Of a DNA stretch of 64,000 nucleotides, positions 1 to 7,944 are shown in pieces. The stretch lies in the NCBI GenBank assembly GCA_964474825.1, contig CAYYWQ010000001.1, forward strand, positions 884,152 through 948,151. Direction: 5' to 3'. The stretch is from an uncultured Candidatus Saccharibacteria bacterium. Lineage in GTDB: Bacteria > Patescibacteriota > Doudnabacteria > UBA920. A program made the translations under genes and the position numbers. The notes below the pieces were generated by a model. It was not told the DNA's origin. It saw only the letters and a list, made by a program, of their open reading frames with translations, and did no database searches. Each line of letters starts with the position of its first letter. Positions within the stretch are counted from its first letter, which is position 1.

Positions 1-1183
1 TCATACCGCCCAAGTGGTTTTTGGAAGCACCGCCAGAAAATTTACCGCCCCATAAAACCAACCCTACGGCTACGGCAAAAGCGGAGTCATCCACTCGGTC
101 TATAATAGTGTTAACGTTTTGGGGTTTTCCCAAAGCCGCGGGCAGGCGCAAATGTTTTTTTGCAAATTCAACTATGCCTTCTAGTTTACTTCCGCCGCCG
201 GTCAACACAATACCAGAAGGCAATTTACCGTCGCGATTTATTTTTTTCAGCTCTTTGTTAATATGCTCAAAAATTTCTTCCTGGCGCGCCTCTATAATTT
301 CCACCACGTAAGTCCTTAAGGTAACCTGTTCTTCCGCGCTGTCTATTTTAGATAAATCTATTTCTTCGTCTTTAGGAACAGCTTTTTCGTCACAGTGTCC
401 AAAAGCCAATTTAACTTTTTCCGCCGTGTCTATGCTGCAGCGGAGCCCAATGGCAATGTCGTTAGTCACGTGCATTTGACCAATGGGAATAACAGCAGTG
501 TGCAGCAAATCTCCTTCTTCATAAACCGCAAGGCTAGTGGTACCAGCCCCTAAATCCACAACGGCTACTCCCAAATCCCTCTGGCGCTTGCCAAGAACGG
601 CTTCGGCCGCGGCACAGGGCGCTAAAACTAAATCTTCAATTTCCAAACCCGCTTGCATTACGGCTTTGGTTAAATTTTTTACAAAAGGCAATCCTGCCTG
701 AACAATTAAAGTGTCTACCTCCAAACGGATGCCACTCATACCAAGCGGGTCTTTAATTCCGGTTTGGCCGTCTAACGTAAAAGTTTTTGGGAAGACATGA
801 AGGACTTCTTTGTTTTGGGGGATGGAAATAACCTGCGAGGCGTCTACGGCGCGCACAATGTCGTTCTCCATAATTTCGCCGTCCGCGCGGGACACCGCTA
901 TTACACCGTGTGAAGCGAGTGATGAGATATGACTGCCGCCAATGCTTACATTGGCCGACTCAACAGGCACGCCGGTCATGCGTTCCACTTTTTCTAAGGC
1001 CACGGAAATACTGGACACCGCTTCTTCAATGTCTACCAAAACACCGCGGCGAATTCCCGCGGCCGGCACCTCACTGGCGCCAATAACACTAAACTCCTGT
1101 TTTTCAGGGTCAAACTTGGCCTGCACCGCCCGAATATTGGCAGTACCGATATCCAAACCGACAATGTATTGTTCTTTAGACAT
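1..1183 (-). CDS. ftsA: Cell division protein FtsA (actin-like ATPase); the C-terminus runs off the window start
   Basis: The reverse-strand translation begins MSKEQYIVGLDIGTANIRAV and contains the FtsA-typical blocks (GLDIGT, VDIEEAVSSI, GVRLEVD, IGLR). The start codon is the complement of cat at 1181-1183. The ORF is open to position 1. Confidence 0.8.
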   Translation of the reverse strand, partial: MSKEQYIVGLDIGTANIRAVQAKFDPEKQEFSVIGASEVPAAGIRRGVLVDIEEAVSSISVALEKVERMTGVPVESANVSIGGSHISSLASHGVIAVSRADGEIMENDIVRAVDASQVISIPQNKEVLHVFPKTFTLDGQTGIKDPLGMSGIRLEVDTLIVQAGLPFVKNLTKAVMQAGLEIEDLVLAPCAAAEAVLGKRQRDLGVAVVDLGAGTTSLAVYEEGDLLHTAVIPIGQMHVTNDIAIGLRCSIDTAEKVKLAFGHCDEKAVPKDEEIDLSKIDSAEEQVTLRTYVVEIIEARQEEIFEHINKELKKINRDGKLPSGIVLTGGGSKLEGIVEFAKKHLRLPAALGKPQNVNTIIDRVDDSAFAVAVGLVLWGGKFSGGASKNHLGGM

Positions 1184-1185
1184 CC

Positions 1186-1262
1186 GTAGTCTGTAGCGGG
1201 TAGCAAGTAGCTGGTAGCCATGCAGTTTCCTACAAGCTACTCTCTACAAGCTACAAGCTATT
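1186..1262. repeat. TAG/CTAC-rich imperfect palindromic spacer (family B): gtagtctgtagcgggtagcaagtagctggtagc ... ctacaagctactctctacaagctacaagcta
   Basis: The left arm is rich in TAG and the right arm in CTA/CTAC, so both strands carry stop codons in all frames. The arms are largely complementary to each other. Similar elements are seen at 18854-18904, 20976-21070, 47446-47520, 49259-49328 and 51203-51269. Confidence 0.45.
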
Positions 1263-1698
1263 TTAGTTTTTCTTTCAAAATCTTGGCCAGCATTGCGCCG
1301 TCGGCTTTGTCGCCCACTTCTGCTTTTAACTTACCCATAACTTTTCCAAAATCGGCGGAAGTGGCTGACATTTCAGTAATTGTTTTTTCAATAATACCGG
1401 TGAGCTGTTCTTCGGACATTTGCGCAGGCAAATATTTTTGCAAAATTTCCGCTTCCTGAGTTTCTTTTTGGGCAAGTTCAACCCGCTCACCCTTTTGAAA
1501 AGCTTCGGCTGCCTCTTTTCGCCTTTTAACTTCGCTGCGGATTAAACTAATAATTTCCGCTTCTTCTAATTCGCGCGTTTTGGCAATTTGCTCGTTCTGC
1601 ACGCGGGTTTTTAGCCCACGCAAAGTATCTACCGCGACTTGGTCTTTAGCTTTCATTGCTGATTTTAAATCTGTTTCAATTTGGGAAAGTGAAATCAT
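1258..1698 (-). CDS. GatB/YqeY domain protein
   Basis: The 146-aa ORF (MISLSQIETDLKSAMKAKDQVAVDTLRGL...) has the typical YqeY-family composition and length. Confidence 0.75.
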   Translation of the reverse strand: MISLSQIETDLKSAMKAKDQVAVDTLRGLKTRVQNEQIAKTRELEEAEIISLIRSEVKRRKEAAEAFQKGERVELAQKETQEAEILQKYLPAQMSEEQLTGIIEKTITEMSATSADFGKVMGKLKAEVGDKADGAMLAKILKEKLK

Positions 1699-1714
1699 AA
1701 AGTAGCTTTAAAGC

Positions 1715-1790
1715 GTATGAAGTTAAAAGTTATAAAGTAAACTGATTTCTCAGCTACCTTACAAACTTTATACTTTATAACTTTTCAATG
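1715..1790. repeat. ATAAAGTT/AACTTTAT palindromic spacer (family C)
   Basis: gttaaaagttataaagtaaa ... ttacaaactttatactttataacttttcaa are inverted copies flanking a short centre. Family members lie at 2590-2686 and 20186-20258. Confidence 0.45.
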
Positions 1791-1794
1791 GTAT

Positions 1795-2034
1795 TTAACG
1801 GCGTCCGTAACGCTTGACGGGAACCGGCTTGCCAAGTTTTTTAAGCTCTTCTTTTTGAGCTTTTATTTGAGTGCGCCTTCGGGCCGCGACTTTTTGCAGG
1901 TTGCGGGACTTCGGGGGCTCAAAAAAACGGGTCTTGCGGGCACGAATAAGAACGCCGCTTTGCTGGATTTTGCGGTTAAAACGGCGCAATAGACTGTCAA
2001 AAGATTCGTTATCTTTTTTCTTAACTTCTACCAA
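1795..2034 (-). CDS. rpsU: 30S ribosomal protein S21; uses a TTG start
   Basis: The protein reads ...LLRRFNRKIQQSGVLIRARKTRFFEPP..., which is S21-like. The first codon is TTG, preceded by GAGGTG at -7. Confidence 0.85.
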   Translation of the reverse strand: MVEVKKKDNESFDSLLRRFNRKIQQSGVLIRARKTRFFEPPKSRNLQKVAARRRTQIKAQKEELKKLGKPVPVKRYGRR

Positions 2035-2157
2035 TTAAATCACCTCTTTCTTAAACCCAATACATAAACATTTTTAAAAATTAGTAAAATGTCTTATTAC
2101 AGGGCAAAAATAGTGCTTTTACTATAACAGTAATTGCCATTTTGGTCAAACCAGCCC

Positions 2158-2246
2158 TACTAAATACGAAATTAACTAAAAATACTAAAATAAAAACCCT
2201 AAAAAAGGGTTTTAGTACTTTTAGTCTATTTTAGTATTTAGTAGGA
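2158..2246. repeat. Long palindrome (family A): ctactaaatacgaaattaactaaaaatactaaaat / inverted copy, flanking the central hairpin aaaaccctaaaaaagggtttt; a likely bidirectional terminator
   Basis: Arms of about 35 bp are complementary. The central GC hairpin is flanked by A/T runs. The element lies immediately 3' of the HIT gene stop. A related element is at 17521-17592. Confidence 0.45.
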
Positions 2247-2253
2247 GCCGAAT

Positions 2254-2589
2254 TTATTCGGCAAGTTTTTTCCCACCCATTACATGCAAATGCAAATGCG
2301 GTACAACCATACCGCCGTCTCGACCAACGTTAAACACCAGTTTATAACCGCTCTCGCCCACTCCCAGTTTTTCTGTCATTTGCTTAGCCGCAAAAATCAT
2401 TTTCCCGACAATGGGTTCGTCTTCCGCGGTTAAATGGTAAATGGAAACAATATGTTTTTTTGGAATAACTAACAAATGCACCGGCGCTTTGGGTAAAACG
2501 TCTTTAATCACTATTAAGTCTTCTGTTTCCAAAAGAAACTCGGATTCAATAGTGTGATTTATGATGTTGCAGAATACGCAGTCTTGCAT
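2254..2589 (-). CDS. HIT-family (histidine triad) nucleotide hydrolase
   Basis: The HLHLHVMGG triad motif sits at the C-terminus. The likely start is MQDCVFCNII, because the longer upstream ORF extension runs into repeat family C. Confidence 0.8.
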   Translation of the reverse strand: MQDCVFCNIINHTIESEFLLETEDLIVIKDVLPKAPVHLLVIPKKHIVSIYHLTAEDEPIVGKMIFAAKQMTEKLGVGESGYKLVFNVGRDGGMVVPHLHLHVMGGKKLAE

Positions 2590-2686
2590 AGAGTATAGTT
2601 TATAAAGTTTTAAAGTTTTTAAAGTTATAAAGTAAGTTCCCGACTTTACAAACTTTATGAACTTTATAACTTTCAACTCGCTCGGC

Positions 2687-3982
2687 CTAACGGCCGAGCC
2701 GCTTTTTTACTTCTTCCACTATTTTATCATAAGATATGACTTCTTGCATCCCGCTTTTTACGTCGCGCAAAATAACCAGTTCGTCCATAGCTTCCTTCTG
2801 GCCCATTATTAAGGCAATGGGCGCCTGAAAAGTCATGGCTTGCTTCAACTGGTTTTTAACCCCGCCTTCGCCAAAATGGTCGTAAACCGAAACTTGGTGG
2901 GAAGTTAAGTCACGGAACAAACGTAAACTTTTTTTGGCGGCAAGTTCACCAAGCGGCACTAAAAACACGTCATTCCTTTGCTCCTTGTTAACCAAAACTT
3001 TGCTGCGTTCAAGCAAAAACCTAAGCAAACTGGCGCTACCGGTAAAACCAAAACTGCAATAACTTTTCCCGCACAGCTGCTGCATATAACCTTCGTGACT
3101 ACCACCTTCCCCAATAATAAAAGATTCGTCTTTGTCTTTGTACTTAATGACAAAATTTGTCTGGCTATGGCCGTTGCTCCCCGCGTAAAGCGGATTTAGC
3201 TGGTAAGGCACGCCCAGCTCGTCTAAGGCTTCCAAAATATTTGTAAAATGTTTATGGGAATCCGGGTCTAGAAAATCTAAAACTGTAGGTGCTTCAGAGA
3301 GCAGGGCCTGGCAGTCTAAATTGTCGCAGCGAAGAACATTAAGCGGCCGCTGGGACAGGGCTTCATTACAATTATCACAAAGTTGGTATTTTTTGCCGGA
3401 CAAAAAATCTTTTAAGGTTCCCTGGTAAGCGGTTTGGCAGGCTTCCTGGCCAATGTTGTTAATTTCCAAAACAACTTTGTTCATCCCCAAAGAGTTAAGC
3501 AGTTCCCAAATCCCGCCAATAAGCTGGGCTTCGGCCAAATGGCTAAAGCTACCCAAAACTTCAAAACCAAATTCATAATTGCTGGAAAGTTTCTTTTTTT
3601 GATCCAGCCGGCTGGTCCAGCCCGAATAATACCACTTACACACTGGCAATTTGTCAAAAATTTTATGCTGGTAGTAACTGCGCAGCACCGAAGGCAGGAG
3701 ACTAGGGCGAAGCACGGCCGGTTTGTCGCCTCCATCTACGTGCAGCAGTGTCCCTTCCTCAGGCGCGTGATTTTGGAAAAAACTGTCGTAAAGATAATTA
3801 TCTTCCAACAGCGGCGTTTCAATGCGGCTAAAGCCGTAAGTCCTGCTTATTCTGTTAAGGCGTTTAAGCACAGCTTCCCAAAAAATATCGGTCTCTGAAA
3901 TAATATCAGCCATGCCTTCCAGGCTTTGGATTTTTTTTGGCACGTAAGCCGAGCCGGATGGAGTTTTTTTGTGTCTACCCAT
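2687..3982 (-). CDS. hisS: Histidyl-tRNA synthetase-like class II aaRS with divergent His motifs
   Basis: Features are class II motif 1 (YGFSRIETPLLE), an HisRS-like core and a C-terminal anticodon-binding domain (FLVPLGELAAKKSLRLFRDL...IALIMGQKE). The canonical GGRYD motif is replaced by EGGSHEGY. Confidence 0.6.
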   Translation of the reverse strand: MGRHKKTPSGSAYVPKKIQSLEGMADIISETDIFWEAVLKRLNRISRTYGFSRIETPLLEDNYLYDSFFQNHAPEEGTLLHVDGGDKPAVLRPSLLPSVLRSYYQHKIFDKLPVCKWYYSGWTSRLDQKKKLSSNYEFGFEVLGSFSHLAEAQLIGGIWELLNSLGMNKVVLEINNIGQEACQTAYQGTLKDFLSGKKYQLCDNCNEALSQRPLNVLRCDNLDCQALLSEAPTVLDFLDPDSHKHFTNILEALDELGVPYQLNPLYAGSNGHSQTNFVIKYKDKDESFIIGEGGSHEGYMQQLCGKSYCSFGFTGSASLLRFLLERSKVLVNKEQRNDVFLVPLGELAAKKSLRLFRDLTSHQVSVYDHFGEGGVKNQLKQAMTFQAPIALIMGQKEAMDELVILRDVKSGMQEVISYDKIVEEVKKRLGR

Positions 3983-4079
3983 AGATTAGTTGAAAGTTTA
4001 AAGCGACGCCTTTAGGCGTCGTCCCGAGTGCATCCGAGGGATCCCTCGACAAGCTCGGGACGGCCGATGCAGCCGCTTT

Positions 4080-4694
4080 TTACTGATAGCTTGGTGTATG
4101 AAATGCTTTGGCCGCGCTTATTGGGAACACGCGGACCCAGACTCTTCCTACAATGTCGTTTTGCGGTAAAATACCCCAGACCCGGCTATCTGAGCTGCCG
4201 GTCCGGTTGTCCCCCAGCACATAGAACTCCTCACTGCCCAAGACCTTGTCTTGCGGCATGGATTTTCCCAAAGTTTCGGTGTGTTCGGGTAAGTAAGTTT
4301 CTTTTAATTTTAAACCCTGTGGGTCCTGTTTGTCGTAAATATAAACGCTGCCCTGGTCGTCAAAGGCCACACGGTCGCCGGGCAAACCAATTACCCTCTT
4401 AATAAAAAATTCCGAGGTATTCTTAGGGTTCCTTAGCACAATAACATCACCCCTTTTGGGCGGGGAAAAATGGTAGGACAAGCGGTCTACTATTAAGTAG
4501 TCCCCGTTATGGAAATTTGGCAGCATGGAAGAGCCGGAAACCACGAACGGCTCCGCCACAAAAGTCCGGAACGGCCAAATAATTATTATGGCAATGGCCA
4601 AAATTTTTACAAGGTCTAAAACAAATAATCCGGCGGCTTTAGCTGTACTTGGTTGGTTTTGAGGATTTTGATTTTGGTTTTCTACAGTTTCCAT
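4080..4694 (-). CDS. lepB: Signal peptidase I
   Basis: An N-terminal TM segment is followed by the catalytic motifs GSSMLPNF and GDNRTGSSDSR. Confidence 0.85.
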   Translation of the reverse strand: METVENQNQNPQNQPSTAKAAGLFVLDLVKILAIAIIIIWPFRTFVAEPFVVSGSSMLPNFHNGDYLIVDRLSYHFSPPKRGDVIVLRNPKNTSEFFIKRVIGLPGDRVAFDDQGSVYIYDKQDPQGLKLKETYLPEHTETLGKSMPQDKVLGSEEFYVLGDNRTGSSDSRVWGILPQNDIVGRVWVRVFPISAAKAFHTPSYQ

Positions 4695-4759
4695 AAACTT
4701 AAAAAAATTAAAGAAGGTAATATAATTCTACTTATCGCCGGGAATAATGCAAGTATGGG

Positions 4760-4903
4760 GGCAAGAAGTTCATAAAAAGCCCCTCGACTTCGCCTAAAGG
4801 CTTCGCTCGGGACACTCGACTCGCTGTAAAAATCGTGGTGGTTTGAGGCCTCCCCAAGGCCGAAGCCACGAGCGAGCTTTGGCGTCAGCCAAAGCGAGTC
4901 GAG
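4760..4903. repeat. tRNA-Val 3'-flanking conserved structured element, copy 1 (core gctcgggacactcgactcgctgtaaaaatcgtggtggtttgaggcctccccaaggccgaagccacgagcgag)
   Basis: A core of about 85 nt is near-identical to 62376-62455. It contains nested inverted repeats (cactcgactcgct/agcgagtcgagtg; tcgtgg/ccacga; ggcct/aggcc). It abuts the CCA end of tRNA-Val. Confidence 0.5.
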
Positions 4904-4980
4904 TGGTGGACGATACTGGACTCGAACCAGTGGCCTTTGCAATGTGAATGCAACGCTCTAACCAACTGAGCTAATCGTCC
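4904..4980 (-). tRNA. tRNA-Val (anticodon CAC), CCA encoded
   Basis: Reverse strand: GGACGATTAGCTCAGTTGGTTAGAGCGTTGCATTCACATTGCAAAGGCCACTGGTTCGAGTCCAGTATCGTCCACCA. The cloverleaf is clean, with a GTTCGAGTC T-arm. Confidence 0.85.
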
Positions 4981-5125
4981 TAAAGTCTAACGGTAAAAAA
5001 CCTTAAAAGCAACAAAATCTCCCTTTACTTCGTAAAATATAACATTCCATAAGCTCCAATGCAAGCGCCCTTAACCTAAACCTGACTTTCAGATATAATA
5101 GTAAGAGTTACTTCAAACTTTTCTT

Positions 5126-6571
5126 ATGCCAAACATAGATTCAGCCCAGGGACCTAGCCCAACTAAAGGCCCAATTGTAACGAATTCCGCCAAAGTTAAC
5201 CTACTTTCCACAAATAAACCGCCTAAAGGCAAAAGCCGAATTTTGCGGAGGATTTTTTTTGTGCTTTTGTTGGCCATAGTTGTACTAGGCGGAACTTTGG
5301 TTCTGCGCGCCGTAAATTTGTCGGACAAAATTTTCGTTGGTCGCAAAATTTCCTTTTTCCAAAAAATCAAAGAAGTCTTTGCCGGTTCCACCGGGCAAAT
5401 ACGCCTTAGTGGTGAAGACGAAGGACAGATTAATGTGCTACTCTTAGGCATTGGAGGAGAAGGACATGACGGCCCATATTTGACCGATACAATGATAGTC
5501 GCGCAAATAAGGCCGTCCGACGGAGAAGTGGTGCTAACCTCCATCCCCCGCGACTATTGGGTAACCATACCGGGAGGATTTGGACAGGGCAAAATTAATT
5601 CCGCCTTTTCCGACGGTTACGTAAAACATCACGATTGGGCTGAAGGCGGAGAAACCTCAGTCAAAACCGTAGAAAAACTTACGGGACTAAAAATTCCCTA
5701 CTTTGCGGTAATAGATTTCTCCGGTTTTGAAAAAGCCATTAACCAAATTGGTGGCATAGATGTAAAAGTTGAGCGGACATTTACGGACTATACTTTCCCC
5801 AACGACGCCACGCTGGGTTACCTGGAACCGCAAACTTTTACCGAAGGATGGCAGCACATGGACGGTACTAAATCCTTAATTTTTGCTAGAAGCCGCCATG
5901 CCGCGGGCCCGGAAGGCAGTGATTTCGCCAGAAGCCTGAGGCAGCAAAAAGTTATTTCGGCTTTTAAAGACAAGGTTTTAAATCTAAACTTAATTAGCGA
6001 CTCCGGAAAAATTAACAACCTGCTCGGAACTTTTGCCGACCATTTCCACACCAACATTTCCCCGGGTGAAATATTCCGCACTTATTCTTTAGTCAAACAA
6101 AACAATATAAGCAACATTTTGTCTTTAAGCTTAGATCCGGAAACCAGTTTAATTTGCTCAAAAATTCTGGAAGACACAGGGGCTTATGTTTTAACTCCCT
6201 GCGAAGGTAAGACAGACGCGGACATTCAAGCATTCTTTAAAAACGCTTTTTCCATAGGAAAACTCAGTAAGGAAAAAGCCATTGTCTGGATGGCTTCCAG
6301 CAACCACAACACCGCGGCCTACGACAGAGCCAGCCGCCTTCTTACTCAAGCCGGGCTGACTGTATGGGAATTCAGCTACGCGGGAAAAGAATTACCGCAA
6401 AATTTATTTTACGAAGTTAACGCTAAACCTTCTACCGCGGAATTTTTAAAAAATACCTTAAACGCCACCGAAGCCACGCTGCCTCCCCCGAATTTAAAAC
6501 TTGACCCGGAGAAACTTGATATTGTAATAATTTTAGGCGGCAACTCCGCGGCCATAAAAGAACAACCATAA
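5126..6571 (+). CDS. LytR-CpsA-Psr (LCP) family cell-envelope phosphotransferase
   Basis: An N-terminal TM segment is followed by the LCP core LLLGIGGEGHDGPYLTDTMIVAQIRPSDGEVVLTSIPRDYW and a C-terminal LytR_C-like region. Confidence 0.8.
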   Translation: MPNIDSAQGPSPTKGPIVTNSAKVNLLSTNKPPKGKSRILRRIFFVLLLAIVVLGGTLVLRAVNLSDKIFVGRKISFFQKIKEVFAGSTGQIRLSGEDEGQINVLLLGIGGEGHDGPYLTDTMIVAQIRPSDGEVVLTSIPRDYWVTIPGGFGQGKINSAFSDGYVKHHDWAEGGETSVKTVEKLTGLKIPYFAVIDFSGFEKAINQIGGIDVKVERTFTDYTFPNDATLGYLEPQTFTEGWQHMDGTKSLIFARSRHAAGPEGSDFARSLRQQKVISAFKDKVLNLNLISDSGKINNLLGTFADHFHTNISPGEIFRTYSLVKQNNISNILSLSLDPETSLICSKILEDTGAYVLTPCEGKTDADIQAFFKNAFSIGKLSKEKAIVWMASSNHNTAAYDRASRLLTQAGLTVWEFSYAGKELPQNLFYEVNAKPSTAEFLKNTLNATEATLPPPNLKLDPEKLDIVIILGGNSAAIKEQP

Positions 6572-6575
6572 ATTT

Positions 6576-7901
6576 ATGAACAAATCTTTTCCTATTGTCG
6601 CTTTAGTAGGGCTGCCCAATGTGGGCAAATCTACTTTGTTTAACAAAATTGTAGGCCACATGCCGGCAGTTACTTCGGACGTGGCGGGGACCACGCGCGA
6701 CAGGCAATACCAAGACACTGCTTGGAACGGCAAAAACTTTACTTTGGTGGACACAGCAGGACTTTCTAACGGCCCAAAAAACGAACTGGAACTGAATGTC
6801 CGCAAGCAAATAGAAGTGGCCATGGAAGAAGCGGACGTTATTATTTTAGTCATGGACGGAAAACAAAACCGTAACGTAATGGATGAGTCTGTATTAAAAA
6901 GTTTTAGGCGCATAAAAAAACCTCTTATTCTCTGCGTAAATAAATTAGACTCCCCCAGACAGCGGGAAGCCAAGCTTGAAGAATTTAAATCTTTTGGCAT
7001 AAAAAAACTTTTTGGCGTTTCCGCCATTTCAGGAGCCGGCACCGGCGACATGCTGGACTATATTGCCGAGGTGGTTAAAAATACTCCCGCTGAAGAAGCA
7101 ACAGACGAAACAGCCATTGCCATTTCCATTGTTGGAAAACCCAATGTGGGCAAGTCCTCTATATTTAACAAAATTCTGGACGAAGAACGCGTGGTCGTGT
7201 CCTCTGTACCCGGCACCACCAGAACAGCCATAGACAGCGACATTACCATAGAGGGACAAAAATATACCTTTATAGACACCGCGGGGCTAAAGAAAAAAAC
7301 CTACAGGCAAGAACAGCCGGACGTGTTTGGCGGCTTCCAGACTTTTAAAGCCATTCGCAGGAGTGATGTGTGTTTGTTTGTGATTGATTCCGTGGAAGAA
7401 CTAACCAAGCAGGACCAACGCGTGGCCCAAGAAATTTTTGCCATGGAAAAAGGCTGCATTGTAGTTTGTAATAAAATAGATTTATTTAAGGGCGACACAG
7501 AAAAACTTAAAGACTACGTTTCCATGCACTTCCCGTTTTTATGGATGTGCCCTGTATTCTTTGTTTCCGGCAAAACCGGTAAAGGACTTAAGGAAGCCTT
7601 GGACGCCATAAAACCAATTTATGACCGCCGCCATAAATCCCTGACCAAAGAAACACTCCAAGAATTCCTAACCAAGGCCTTAAAGAAAAACGAACCGAAA
7701 CTTCTCCGCGACCAAAGAAAACCAAAAGTCTTAGGCCTCACCCAAGTAGACGTTAATCCTCCAGCCTTCCAGCTCTACGTAAACTACCCCGCAGCCATCT
7801 CCATGCAATTCCGCAAATTCCTGGAAAACTCAATTATCCGCGAATTAGACTACTATGGAACTCCAATTGTAGTAAGATTGAAAGGAAAAGATAAAAGCTA
7901 A
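6576..7901 (+). CDS. der: GTPase Der (EngA)
   Basis: Two tandem GTPase domains carry P-loops GLPNVGKSTLFN and GKPNVGKSSIFN, plus a KH-like C-terminus. Confidence 0.9.
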   Translation: MNKSFPIVALVGLPNVGKSTLFNKIVGHMPAVTSDVAGTTRDRQYQDTAWNGKNFTLVDTAGLSNGPKNELELNVRKQIEVAMEEADVIILVMDGKQNRNVMDESVLKSFRRIKKPLILCVNKLDSPRQREAKLEEFKSFGIKKLFGVSAISGAGTGDMLDYIAEVVKNTPAEEATDETAIAISIVGKPNVGKSSIFNKILDEERVVVSSVPGTTRTAIDSDITIEGQKYTFIDTAGLKKKTYRQEQPDVFGGFQTFKAIRRSDVCLFVIDSVEELTKQDQRVAQEIFAMEKGCIVVCNKIDLFKGDTEKLKDYVSMHFPFLWMCPVFFVSGKTGKGLKEALDAIKPIYDRRHKSLTKETLQEFLTKALKKNEPKLLRDQRKPKVLGLTQVDVNPPAFQLYVNYPAAISMQFRKFLENSIIRELDYYGTPIVVRLKGKDKS

Positions 7902-7944
7902 ACAAAAAAGACTCCCACTTGGGAGTCTTTTTTTAGACGGCTGA

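Noticed and set aside
2978-3898. Several 60-150-aa ORFs on both strands inside hisS (e.g. 3434..3898 +, 3481..3735 -)
   Set aside because: They are embedded in or antisense to a well-supported long CDS. They have no RBS and are typical shadow ORFs.
4682-4942. 86-aa minus-strand ORF
   Set aside because: It overlaps tRNA-Val(CAC) and the conserved structured repeat. It has no RBS and is a repeat-driven open frame.
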